A stretch of 64,000 nucleotides of DNA. Source: Rickettsiales bacterium. GTDB lineage: Bacteria; Pseudomonadota; Alphaproteobacteria; Rickettsiales; JABIRX01. The notes under the pieces are model-generated. The model ran no database searches. It saw only the letters and a program-made list of their open reading frames with translations, and was not told the origin of the DNA. Numbering within the stretch: the stretch's first letter is position 1; every line of letters starts with the position of its first letter. The DNA lies in contig JADHOX010000001.1 of the NCBI GenBank assembly GCA_016778805.1, forward strand, positions 6,443-70,442, given 5' to 3'. Positions 51,287-59,999 of this stretch are shown here, piece after piece. Position numbers and translations under genes: made by a program.

Positions 51287-51973
51287 CTATTCACCAATAA
51301 TAATTAAAGAATCTCTGTAACCAGCTTTACTTAAGTCAGCCTGTAAAGTTTTAGCAGTGGTTTTATTTACCACAGGACCAACTCGAACTCGATACCAAAT
51401 AGCACCAGAATCAGTTGTTCTCTGATTAATTACAACATTATTAAACTTTAGTAAATCAGGCACAATATTTAAAGCCTCGTTATATTTTTTGAAAGCCGCG
51501 ATTTGGACGTATGTTCCAGGAACAGAATCATCTAATAACTTATAACCTTTATCGGCATTAGTTAAAACATTATTTGTTGAATTTGAAGCAACTATCGTAT
51601 TTTTTGGTTGTTCAACAACATTAACTTTAGATTTTGATACGTCAGATAAATCTTCATTCGCAATTTCATTGGTTGTAGTAAAATCTATTGCCTTACTTTT
51701 ATAATTTTTTGACATCATTTGAAGATTACCAGTATTTACTTCATCAACAACATCTACTTTTTCAGTTTCATTTGATTTAAACAATTGATTGAAAAAGCCT
51801 TTATCCCTTTTAGTGTCTGCTTGATAAGCATTTTGAAATTGATAACTACCTTGATAACCATTTTGATTATTAAGATAAGCCTCATTATGAACAGGAACTC
51901 TTCTTTCTTTGCTTTTATTTCCAACGCAAGAGATTAAAGATAGCACAACAAAAACAGATATTATTGATTTCAT
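51287..51973 (-). CDS. SPOR domain lipoprotein (septal peptidoglycan binding)
   Basis: Lipobox VLSLISC. C-terminal SPOR-like block of about 75 aa (YVQIAAFKKYNEA...WYRVRVGPV...A..L...L...GY). Confidence 0.75.
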   Translation of the reverse strand: MKSIISVFVVLSLISCVGNKSKERRVPVHNEAYLNNQNGYQGSYQFQNAYQADTKRDKGFFNQLFKSNETEKVDVVDEVNTGNLQMMSKNYKSKAIDFTTTNEIANEDLSDVSKSKVNVVEQPKNTIVASNSTNNVLTNADKGYKLLDDSVPGTYVQIAAFKKYNEALNIVPDLLKFNNVVINQRTTDSGAIWYRVRVGPVVNKTTAKTLQADLSKAGYRDSLIIIGE

Positions 51974-52114
51974 AATAAATTAAAATTGATTAATCAAAAC
52001 AAAGTAACAAAACTAAGTACTTCTTTTTATAAATTTTAAGATTAGTTTTGCAATATATTAATAACGCATATTATTATTTTACAAAAATTCAAAACTTAAA
52101 TTCGTAACAAAATT

Positions 52115-53602
52115 ATGTCTTTACTCGAAATAAGTAACTTAAGCTTATCAATCGATCAAAAAATAATCTTATCTAAATTAAATTTTAACATAGATTCTGG
52201 AAAAATCACAGGAATTGTTGGAAATAGCGGTTCTGGAAAATCTATTCTATCTAAACAAATAATCAGAATTAATAATTCTAACAAGATATCTGCTTCAGGA
52301 AAAATATTATTTAATGGTTTAGATCTTAATAAATTATCTGAAAAACAATTAGAAAAAATTCGCGGCAATGAAATTTCAATGGTTTTTCAAGAGCCAATGA
52401 CTTCTTTAAACCCTATTCATCATATCAAAAAACAAATAAAAGAAGCAATTTTATTGCATGAAAAAATTTCAAATAATGATCTTGAAGCAAGAGTAAAAGA
52501 GCTATTAATTGAAGTTGGTCTGAAAAAACTAATAAATAGAGGTAAGATTTTTCCACATCAATTATCTGGCGGAGAAAGACAAAGAGTTGTAATAGCAATC
52601 GCACTTGCATGTTTACCAAAATTAATTATTGCAGATGAACCAACTACATCATTAGATAAAACCAATTCTGCAAATATTATTAAATTACTCAAAAAAATTA
52701 GTCACGATCATAATATCGCCATAATATTTATTACCCATGACCTGGCACTAATTCGAAAAACTGCTGATAAAATTATCGTAATGAATAATGGCCAAATTAT
52801 TGAAGAAGATAAAACTGAAATAATTTTTAACAACCCTCAAAAACAATATACCAAAGATTTATTAGCAACTTCATTGCCTTTATTTAAAAAATCAAAATTT
52901 GCCAATAATGAGATAATTTTAAAAACAGAAAATCTATCATTAAATTATAAAAAACGCCATTTCTTCAAAAAACATATCACTTCAATTTTTGAAAATGTAA
53001 ATTTTGAAATTAAAAAAGGTGAAACAGTTGGATTAATTGGAGAAAGTGGTTCAGGAAAATCATCACTTGCTGAAGCAATTTTGAAATTGAAATCAAGTTC
53101 TGGAGATATCATAATCAATGATACAAATATAACAAAGTTAAAAGGAGAAAAACTAAGATTATTTAGACAAAACATGCAAATTATCTTTCAAGATCCATTT
53201 GCAACTTTAAACCCAAGACACAGAATTATTGATATCTTATATGAAGTTATTAATGCTCATAATTTATCAACTGATATCAAAACTATTAAACAATTCATAA
53301 AAGATGTTAACCTTAAAGAGGATATTTTAGATAAATTTCCAAATGAATTTTCAGGTGGTGAAAGACAAAGAATTGTCATTTTAAGAGCTTTATGCCTTTT
53401 TCCTAAATTAATTATTCTTGATGAACCGACATCTTCTTTGGATGCAACAACTCAAAAAAATGTAATTAATTTATTATTAAAACTGCAGAATAAATATCAA
53501 CTTTCATATTTACTAATAACTCATGATGAGAATGTATTAACATCAATGTCTAATCGGATTTACCAACTAAAAAATACAAAATTACAGGAAATTGAAAACT
53601 AA
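52115..53602 (+). CDS. ABC transporter ATP-binding protein with duplicated ATPase domains (DppD/DppF-fusion, YejF-like)
   Basis: Two Walker A motifs (GNSGSGKS, GESGSGKS), two signatures (LSGGERQR, FSGGERQR) and two Walker B motifs (IIADEPT, IILDEPT). No TM segment. Confidence 0.9.
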   Translation: MSLLEISNLSLSIDQKIILSKLNFNIDSGKITGIVGNSGSGKSILSKQIIRINNSNKISASGKILFNGLDLNKLSEKQLEKIRGNEISMVFQEPMTSLNPIHHIKKQIKEAILLHEKISNNDLEARVKELLIEVGLKKLINRGKIFPHQLSGGERQRVVIAIALACLPKLIIADEPTTSLDKTNSANIIKLLKKISHDHNIAIIFITHDLALIRKTADKIIVMNNGQIIEEDKTEIIFNNPQKQYTKDLLATSLPLFKKSKFANNEIILKTENLSLNYKKRHFFKKHITSIFENVNFEIKKGETVGLIGESGSGKSSLAEAILKLKSSSGDIIINDTNITKLKGEKLRLFRQNMQIIFQDPFATLNPRHRIIDILYEVINAHNLSTDIKTIKQFIKDVNLKEDILDKFPNEFSGGERQRIVILRALCLFPKLIILDEPTSSLDATTQKNVINLLLKLQNKYQLSYLLITHDENVLTSMSNRIYQLKNTKLQEIEN

Positions 53603-53609
53603 GATTTTA

Positions 53610-53684
53610 TGGTGACCCCTACGGGATTCGAACCCGTGTTGCAAGACTGAGAATCTTGAGTCCTAACCACTAGACGAAGGGGCC
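53610..53684 (-). tRNA. tRNA-Glu(CUC)
   Basis: Manual cloverleaf identical to the 45950-46024 tRNA at 68 of 75 positions. Anticodon stem CAAGA/TCTTG with loop TTCTCAG. Encoded CCA. Confidence 0.85.
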
Positions 53685-53737
53685 ATAATTATTAGTTTGT
53701 TACTATAATAAAATAATAACTCTAGCAAATTTTGAAA

Positions 53738-55027
53738 TTAATATAGATCACCAGTTACAAATGTTACAAAATCATTATTAAAAAATAATTTTTTACGCAT
53801 TTTATTTATATCAGCTATGGTAATTTCATTTATAATTTCATTTCTTTTATTTAACATTGATACTGGAAGATCATACAATAAAAGAGCAAGCATAAATCCT
53901 GAAATAGTATCATTTGATGAAAATGAAATATCATATTTGCCAGTAAGATATTTTTTGGCTAGCTCTAAATCTTGTTGAGAAAATTCTTTACGTTTAATTT
54001 CAGCAAGCATTTTTTCATTAACTTCTAAAGCTTGATAGTATTTTTCCATATCACAGGCAAAATACACTACTAAATAACCAATGCCTTGCATAAAATTTAC
54101 ATATGAATAACCAGAATAAGTTAAACCTTCATCTTCTCTTAATTTATTACCAATTAGAGAGTTTCTCTGTGAACCACCAATTAAATGATTCCATAAATAA
54201 AAACTATAGAAATCTTTAGCATTTCTTGAAGGCCCTTCAATAGCTGAATAAAAAATTATTTGATCATAATCTTTGAGTTCAAAATTTGCATTATAAGCAT
54301 TTTTTATGCCTGGCTGATAAAAATCATAAGATTCAATATCTTTAAAATCTGCAAAAATTTGGTTAACAAAAACATCTAATTCATCAGTTTTAATATCTCC
54401 TGATATTGCAATTTTTAATTTATTTTTATTTGCAAGGCTTGAAACAAAATATTTAATAGAGGCCTTATTAATAAGGTTGTTATTTTCAACCAGAAATCCA
54501 TCTCTACTGAACCTATCAGTAAAAAAACTATCTTTAAAATTTTGATAACCTACAAAGTTACTATTTAAGTAACTATTCTTTTTGCTAAATTCTAAATGAT
54601 CTTTTGCACGTTTAATATCAGCATCAGAAACTTTAAAATCATAAAAAAACTTTTTTAGAAATTTTTGTACCAACTCGATATCAGATCTTAAAAATTTGAC
54701 TGAAATAAAAAGATTCTCAACATCACTTGCAACTTGAAAAGAAATATTGCGAGAGGAAATTTCTTTAGAAAAATATTCACGCTCATTTCCTAAAAATAAT
54801 AAATTTGAAGCAAGATAATTAACAATTAAATTACTACCAATCTGACCTTCCTCTTCAAAAGCAAAGCCAGCGTTTTTAATAGCTAAATTTAAAGAAATAA
54901 TTGGTAGATAATCATCATAAAGATAATAAACATCAACCCCATTAATTTTTTTGGCTTTTGGATCAAACTTTGCAGCAAAAACAAAAGACATGCAAAGTAA
55001 TAAAATTACGAAAACTCTATAAATCAT
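53738..55027 (-). CDS. M16 (pitrilysin/insulinase) family protein lacking the HxxEH zinc motif (probable non-catalytic subunit)
   Basis: Signal peptide. M16-like two-domain size (429 aa) and blocks (GSQRNSLIGNKLREDEGLTYSGYS). The position of the HxxEH motif reads NLIVNY. Confidence 0.6.
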   Translation of the reverse strand: MIYRVFVILLLCMSFVFAAKFDPKAKKINGVDVYYLYDDYLPIISLNLAIKNAGFAFEEEGQIGSNLIVNYLASNLLFLGNEREYFSKEISSRNISFQVASDVENLFISVKFLRSDIELVQKFLKKFFYDFKVSDADIKRAKDHLEFSKKNSYLNSNFVGYQNFKDSFFTDRFSRDGFLVENNNLINKASIKYFVSSLANKNKLKIAISGDIKTDELDVFVNQIFADFKDIESYDFYQPGIKNAYNANFELKDYDQIIFYSAIEGPSRNAKDFYSFYLWNHLIGGSQRNSLIGNKLREDEGLTYSGYSYVNFMQGIGYLVVYFACDMEKYYQALEVNEKMLAEIKRKEFSQQDLELAKKYLTGKYDISFSSNDTISGFMLALLLYDLPVSMLNKRNEIINEITIADINKMRKKLFFNNDFVTFVTGDLY

Positions 55028-55057
55028 TAAAACTAATCATAAAACAACACACTAGCA

Positions 55058-57625
55058 CTATAAAATAATTATCTCATCATTTTTTAAAGAAATATTTAGC
55101 GAAGATTTTTCAATAATTGTTCCTTCCAGCAAACCTGTTGCCAATTTATTTGTTATTTCCTTTTCAATTAACCTATCCAAAGGCCTAGCACCATATTTAG
55201 AGTCATAACCCTTCATGGCCAAATATTCTTTAGCATCAGAATCTAAATGAATAGTTATTCCATAATTATCAAGCTTCTTCTGCATTTTAGCTAATTTTAT
55301 ATCAATAATTTTATCCATATGCTGAAAACGTAATTTATGAAACAGAATAATTTCATCTAAACGGTTAATAAATTCAGGCTTAAAAAATGCCTTAACTTCA
55401 TTCATTATTTCATTCTCAATTTCATTAATTGACTGTTCATTTGATAATGAATTTAATTTTAAGGAACCAAGATTTGAAGTTAAAATTATAATAGTGTTTG
55501 CAAAAACTACACGTCTACCATGGCTATCTGTAAGGATTCCATCATCCAAAATTTGTAACATTAAATTAAAAACATCAGGATGAGCTTTTTCAACTTCATC
55601 AAATAAAATTACCTGATATGGCCTTCTTCTTACAGCCTCAGTTAAAGAACCAGCATCATCATAACCAACATATCCTGGAGGAGATCCTATTAATTTACTA
55701 ATAGAATGTTTCTCCATAAATTCTGACATATCAAATCGAAGCAATGCAGATTTTTCATTAAAAAGTGTTTCGGCTAAAACTTTTGATAACTCTGTTTTTC
55801 CGACGCCTGTTGGACCAATAAACAAAAATGACCCAAGTGGCTTATCAGGATTATTAAGCCCTGCCTTTGACCTTTTGATAGCATTAGCAATTGCATTGAC
55901 GGCGTCTTCCTGACCTATGACCTTTTCTGATAAGTCACTAGCAATATTAAGATATTTATGCTTTTCAGCTGCAAGCATTTTTTCAACAGGTATACCTGTT
56001 ACTTTTGAAACTACTTGGGCAATATCTGAATCTGTAATAGATTCTTTTATAAAACCATCATCATTAGTTTTTGTATGATTTGAAATTTGATTTTCAAGTT
56101 CTGGAATTATACTGTATGAAAGCTCTCCAGCTTTGGCAAGATCTCCTTGTCGTTTGGCTTTTTCAAGCTCATAATTAGCTTTTTCCAAATCTTCTTTTAA
56201 ATTTTTCTCTTTATCAAGCTTAAGTTTTTCAGCCTCCCATTGGGACATTAAAACTTGTAATTTGTCATCTAAATTGCGAATATCATTATCAATTGATTGT
56301 AACCTTAATTTCGAATTTTCATCATTTTCGTTTTTTAAAGTCTCGGCTTCAATACGTAACTGAATTAATTTTCGCTCCAACTCATCAATTTCTTCTGGTT
56401 TGGAATCAATCTCCATTCTAAGCTTACTCGCTGCTTCATCAATTAAATCAATCGCCTTATCAGGAAGGAATCTGTCAGTTATATAACGTTTAGATAATTT
56501 ACAAGCTGCTATAATAGCACTATCTGAGATCTTTATCGCATGATGCATTTCATATTTTTCTTTTAAACCTCTTAAGATTGTCACACTATCTTCTAATGTT
56601 GGCTCAACTACATAAACTGATTGAAATCTTCTTGCTAATGCGGGATCTTTTTCAATATATAATCGATATTCATCAAGAGTTGTTGCACCAACACAATGGA
56701 GTAAACCTCTAGCTAATGCAGGTTTTAATAAATTTGAGGCATCCATACTACCTTCAGCCTTTCCTGCACCAACAAGATTATGCAATTCATCAATAAATAA
56801 AATTACTTCATGATCAGCTCGCTCTATTTCATTAATTACAGATTTTAATCTTTCTTCAAATTCACCACGATATTTAGCACCTCCAATCAAAGCACCTAAA
56901 TCCAATGACATGATTTTTTGTTTTTTTAAAGACTCAGGAACATCACCTGCTGCAATTCTTTGGGCTAAACCTTCAATGATAGCAGTTTTTCCAACACCTG
57001 GTTCACCAATTAACACCGGATTATTTTTTGTTCTTCTAGACAAAACCTGAATTGTTCTTCGAATTTCATCATCTCTTCCTATGACTGGATCAATTTTTCC
57101 AGAAGCTGCAAGCTCTGTTAAATCTTTTGCATATTTTTTTAAAGCGTCAAATTTTTCTTCTGCAGATGCTGAATCCGCAGTCTTGCCTTTTCTAAGATCA
57201 TTAATTACTTCAGATAAAACAGGCAAAATCAACCCAGCTTTTGCTAAAATTTTTGATGTTGATAAATTTTTATCAAACATCGCAAGTAACAACGCTTCTA
57301 AAGTTATATATTCATCATTTAATGTCTTAATTATTTTTTTTACAGATTGATCTAATATTGCGATTTCCTGAGAAAAATAAATATTTGGGGATCCAGAAGA
57401 TTTTACTGAAGGGATTTTTTTCAATAACTGCTTAATCTCAGTTTTTATAATTTCGACATTACCACTTGAAGCTATAATTATATTAGCAATATAATTATCA
57501 CTATCATCAATCATTGAAGCTAAAATATGTTCAGGAGAAAGATTTTGGTGACCTTTACTAATAGCTAGGCCCTGAGCATTAGCCATAATTTCTTTGGCTT
57601 TATTACTATATTTTGAAAAATCCAT
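55058..57625 (-). CDS. clpB: ATP-dependent chaperone/disaggregase ClpB
   Basis: Clp N-domain, two AAA+ modules ([18 protein letters not shown]), a long middle coiled-coil and [10 protein letters not shown]. Confidence 0.95.
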   Translation of the reverse strand: MDFSKYSNKAKEIMANAQGLAISKGHQNLSPEHILASMIDDSDNYIANIIIASSGNVEIIKTEIKQLLKKIPSVKSSGSPNIYFSQEIAILDQSVKKIIKTLNDEYITLEALLLAMFDKNLSTSKILAKAGLILPVLSEVINDLRKGKTADSASAEEKFDALKKYAKDLTELAASGKIDPVIGRDDEIRRTIQVLSRRTKNNPVLIGEPGVGKTAIIEGLAQRIAAGDVPESLKKQKIMSLDLGALIGGAKYRGEFEERLKSVINEIERADHEVILFIDELHNLVGAGKAEGSMDASNLLKPALARGLLHCVGATTLDEYRLYIEKDPALARRFQSVYVVEPTLEDSVTILRGLKEKYEMHHAIKISDSAIIAACKLSKRYITDRFLPDKAIDLIDEAASKLRMEIDSKPEEIDELERKLIQLRIEAETLKNENDENSKLRLQSIDNDIRNLDDKLQVLMSQWEAEKLKLDKEKNLKEDLEKANYELEKAKRQGDLAKAGELSYSIIPELENQISNHTKTNDDGFIKESITDSDIAQVVSKVTGIPVEKMLAAEKHKYLNIASDLSEKVIGQEDAVNAIANAIKRSKAGLNNPDKPLGSFLFIGPTGVGKTELSKVLAETLFNEKSALLRFDMSEFMEKHSISKLIGSPPGYVGYDDAGSLTEAVRRRPYQVILFDEVEKAHPDVFNLMLQILDDGILTDSHGRRVVFANTIIILTSNLGSLKLNSLSNEQSINEIENEIMNEVKAFFKPEFINRLDEIILFHKLRFQHMDKIIDIKLAKMQKKLDNYGITIHLDSDAKEYLAMKGYDSKYGARPLDRLIEKEITNKLATGLLEGTIIEKSSLNISLKNDEIIIL

Positions 57626-57702
57626 AAAATATCAGTTTTAAATTTAAGATATTATTTATGTATTATAATTGATATTTCAAGATTTCAAAAGCTAATATTT
57701 TT

Positions 57703-58518
57703 CTAACTTAATTTTCTTGAGCGAATATTAATGAGTTTTAATGATGAAAAAATTACAATTAAAACAAAAGCGTAAAATATTACTTCTATCGACATTGGAG
57801 AATCACTATAACCAAAAAACATATGTAAAACTTCACCAACTAGACTTTGTTGACTAATAATAGCAGAACTATCCCATAATATATTAGCAAGTTGTGAAAA
57901 ATAACCTGCAGCAACAAAAAACTTTGCAGCAACAGCAGCCATTCCAGCAGCAATAAAAATCAATAATGCACTTGTAATCTTAAAGATATATTTAGTATTA
58001 ATTTTAACCATTCCATAATACATTAATGCACCTACGAATGCACCAGCTAGACTTCCTGTAATAGCACCAAAAATAATTGTTGAAAAAGCTTTGCCTGACA
58101 AAATCATACCATAAGAGAATAAAACTATTTCAGTACCTTCACGAAAGACAGCAAGCATAATAATTATAACTAAAGCTTTAATTGGCAATTTTCCCTTAAC
58201 AACGTCTTGTCCTGTTTGTTTAATTGTATTAGCAATTTCTTTACCATGAGATGAAACCCAAACTGCAGTCCATCCAATTAGAATACTTGCAGATAATGCT
58301 ATAAAACCATTAAATAACTCCTGACCTAAACCATCAGCAAAATTTGATATTGTTTCAATAAATAAAGCAATAAAAAATGAACCCAAAATTCCAAGAAATA
58401 AACCAACTAAAATCCATTTAGCCCTATTTTCAAGACCTTTAGTTGCAACAAACATTAAGCTTACAATTAATGCTATTTCAAGAACTTCTCTAAAAGTAAT
58501 TATAAAAGGTAAAAACAT
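57703..58518 (-). CDS. FTR1-family high-affinity iron permease
   Basis: Two RExxE motifs in TM helices (REVLE, REGTE) and 7 predicted TMs. Confidence 0.85.
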   Translation of the reverse strand: MFLPFIITFREVLEIALIVSLMFVATKGLENRAKWILVGLFLGILGSFFIALFIETISNFADGLGQELFNGFIALSASILIGWTAVWVSSHGKEIANTIKQTGQDVVKGKLPIKALVIIIMLAVFREGTEIVLFSYGMILSGKAFSTIIFGAITGSLAGAFVGALMYYGMVKINTKYIFKITSALLIFIAAGMAAVAAKFFVAAGYFSQLANILWDSSAIISQQSLVGEVLHMFFGYSDSPMSIEVIFYAFVLIVIFSSLKLINIRSRKLS

Positions 58519-58525
58519 AAATCAA

Positions 58526-58855
58526 CTATTTAACAACGATTTTTCCCTGAGCTTCATCTTCATTAAACTCACCAAAATATCCATACTCACCTACTTCTAA
58601 TTTACCAACAAAAACAACAGATTTAGTATTACCCTTGATAATCTTTTCGCGTTTTAAATCATGACTTTCAAATTCTTCAGCAGTTGAATCTTGATTATCA
58701 ATTATAAGTTTGAATTTTTCATTTGCATTAACCTCAATTATTTCAGGATTAAATTTATGATTCTTCAATACTATAATATACTCTTGTTTAACCTCTTCTT
58801 CTTGACATGAAACAGTAAAAAACAATGAGAAAACTATAAAAAAAACTTTAAACAT
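58526..58855 (-). CDS. periplasmic cupredoxin-fold-like protein associated with the FTR1 permease (FtrB-like)
   Basis: ATG at 58855 gives the signal peptide MFKVFFIVFSLFFTVSC. The beta-rich mature domain of about 90 aa (HKFNPEIIEV...GEYGYFGEF) resembles cupredoxin-like partners of FTR1 operons. 7 nt upstream of the permease gene. The track start at 58912 would read through the Fur box. Confidence 0.55.
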   Translation of the reverse strand: MFKVFFIVFSLFFTVSCQEEEVKQEYIIVLKNHKFNPEIIEVNANEKFKLIIDNQDSTAEEFESHDLKREKIIKGNTKSVVFVGKLEVGEYGYFGEFNEDEAQGKIVVK

Positions 58856-58877
58856 ATTTAAAAATAAAAATCTTAAT

Positions 58878-58892
58878 TGATAATGATTATCA
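58878..58892. promoter_or_regulatory. Fur box (perfect 7-1-7 palindrome TGATAATGATTATCA)
   Basis: Exact match to the 7-1-7 Fur consensus TGATAATnATTATCA. The surrounding 19-mer matches the classical GATAATGATAATCATTATC box at 16 of 19 positions. Lies 22 nt upstream of the cupredoxin/FTR1 start codon and 90 nt upstream of the divergent hemH. Confidence 0.6.
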
Positions 58893-58981
58893 CTATTATT
58901 TAAATAATGCAAATGCTATTTTTTATATTTATAAATTAAATTTATTAGTTAAATAATTAATAGAACTAAATTTTTGATAAA

Positions 58982-59998
58982 ATGAAATCAAACCATCCTG
59001 TTATTCATAAAAAAACCGGAGTTTTACTTATTAACCTTGGCACGCCTGAAAATTATGATAGCAAATCAGTCAGAGTATATTTAAGACAATTTCTATCAGA
59101 TCCAAGAGTAATTGAAGTAAATCCTATAATTTGGAAAATTATTTTAAACCTTTTCATATTACCTTTTAGAGCAAGTCAATCAGGTGCTAAATATAAAGAA
59201 ATTTGGTTTAAAGACACTAATGAATCACCTCTAAAATATTATACACGTAGACAAGCTGAAAAACTATCTGAAAGAATTACCAAAAAATATGAAAATTATG
59301 AAATTGACTATGCGATGCGTTATGGTCATCCATCTATTGAATCAAAAATACATGAATTACTAGATAAAGGCTGTAATAAAATTATTTTTATCCCTCTTTA
59401 TCCTCAATATTCTGCTACAACTTCAGCAAGTATATCTGATGAAATTTTTAGAGTTCTTAAAAACATAAGATGGCAACCTGAATTTCGTTTAATTGGCGCA
59501 TATCATGATCATAAAAAATATATAGACTCTTTAATAAAATCTTTAAAGAACCATCTTAAAGATATTGATTTTACTGCAGATGCAATTTTATCGTCATATC
59601 ATGGTTTACCTGCAGAATATTTTAAAAAAGGTGATCCATATTTCTGCTTTTGTTCAAAAACAAATCGTTTATTCAATGAAGCTCTTGTAAAAAATAAAAT
59701 AAAATTAGAAAATCACTTTAGTTTTCAATCGCGTTTTGGTCCAAAAAAGTGGCTTGAACCTTATACTGAAGATGTTCTCAAAGAACTAATTGCTAAAAAA
59801 ATTAAAAACCTTGTTGTTATTACTCCAGGCTTTGCATCTGATTGTATTGAAACGCTTGAAGAAGTTAACATGGAATATAAAGAAATGTTTTTAGAATTAG
59901 GTGGTGAAAATTTTTCACTAATTCCATGTCTTAACGATAGTGAAGAAAGTATAGATTTAATTGAACAGCTATTTGAAGAAAATAGATGGAAAGCCTAA
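58982..59998 (+). CDS. hemH: ferrochelatase
   Basis: GVLLINLGTP, LYPQYSATT, SYHGLP and the C-terminal FASDCIETLEE block. Confidence 0.9.
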   Translation: MKSNHPVIHKKTGVLLINLGTPENYDSKSVRVYLRQFLSDPRVIEVNPIIWKIILNLFILPFRASQSGAKYKEIWFKDTNESPLKYYTRRQAEKLSERITKKYENYEIDYAMRYGHPSIESKIHELLDKGCNKIIFIPLYPQYSATTSASISDEIFRVLKNIRWQPEFRLIGAYHDHKKYIDSLIKSLKNHLKDIDFTADAILSSYHGLPAEYFKKGDPYFCFCSKTNRLFNEALVKNKIKLENHFSFQSRFGPKKWLEPYTEDVLKELIAKKIKNLVVITPGFASDCIETLEEVNMEYKEMFLELGGENFSLIPCLNDSEESIDLIEQLFEENRWKA

Positions 59999-59999
59999 A

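Noticed and set aside
51986-51997. Perfect 12-bp palindrome TTGATTAATCAA 13 nt upstream of the SPOR lipoprotein gene. Similar 6-bp-arm palindromes occur at 19098-19110 (hemC upstream), 31900-31918 (mutS upstream) and 62025-62044 (gpx upstream).
   Set aside because: By a rough estimate, dozens of 12-bp A/T palindromes are expected by chance in 64 kb of this composition. None matches a regulator consensus I know, and none is repeated elsewhere in the window.
57654-57690. Possible heat-shock (sigma32-like CTTGAAA ... CATAAAT) or sigma70 (TTGAAA/TTTGAA - 15/16 nt - TATAAT) promoter upstream of clpB.
   Set aside because: Both readings fit partially, but the spacing is suboptimal, and TATAAT/TTGAAA-like hexamers are very frequent in DNA this AT-rich. 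This is not enough to call a specific promoter or sigma factor without a mapped 5' end.
58856-58912. Upstream N-terminal extensions proposed by the ORF track. Examples: 58856-58912 for the cupredoxin gene; also 28201-28272 bamD, 3247-3291 icd, 45855-45902, 51283-51297, 17152-17220 tatC, 19061-19087 hemC, 9953-9979 giant gene, 6282-6302 fabF.
   Set aside because: Downstream ATG codons give canonical signal peptides, lipoboxes or conserved N-termini. The extensions use TTG or read through regulatory DNA (the Fur box) or the preceding gene.
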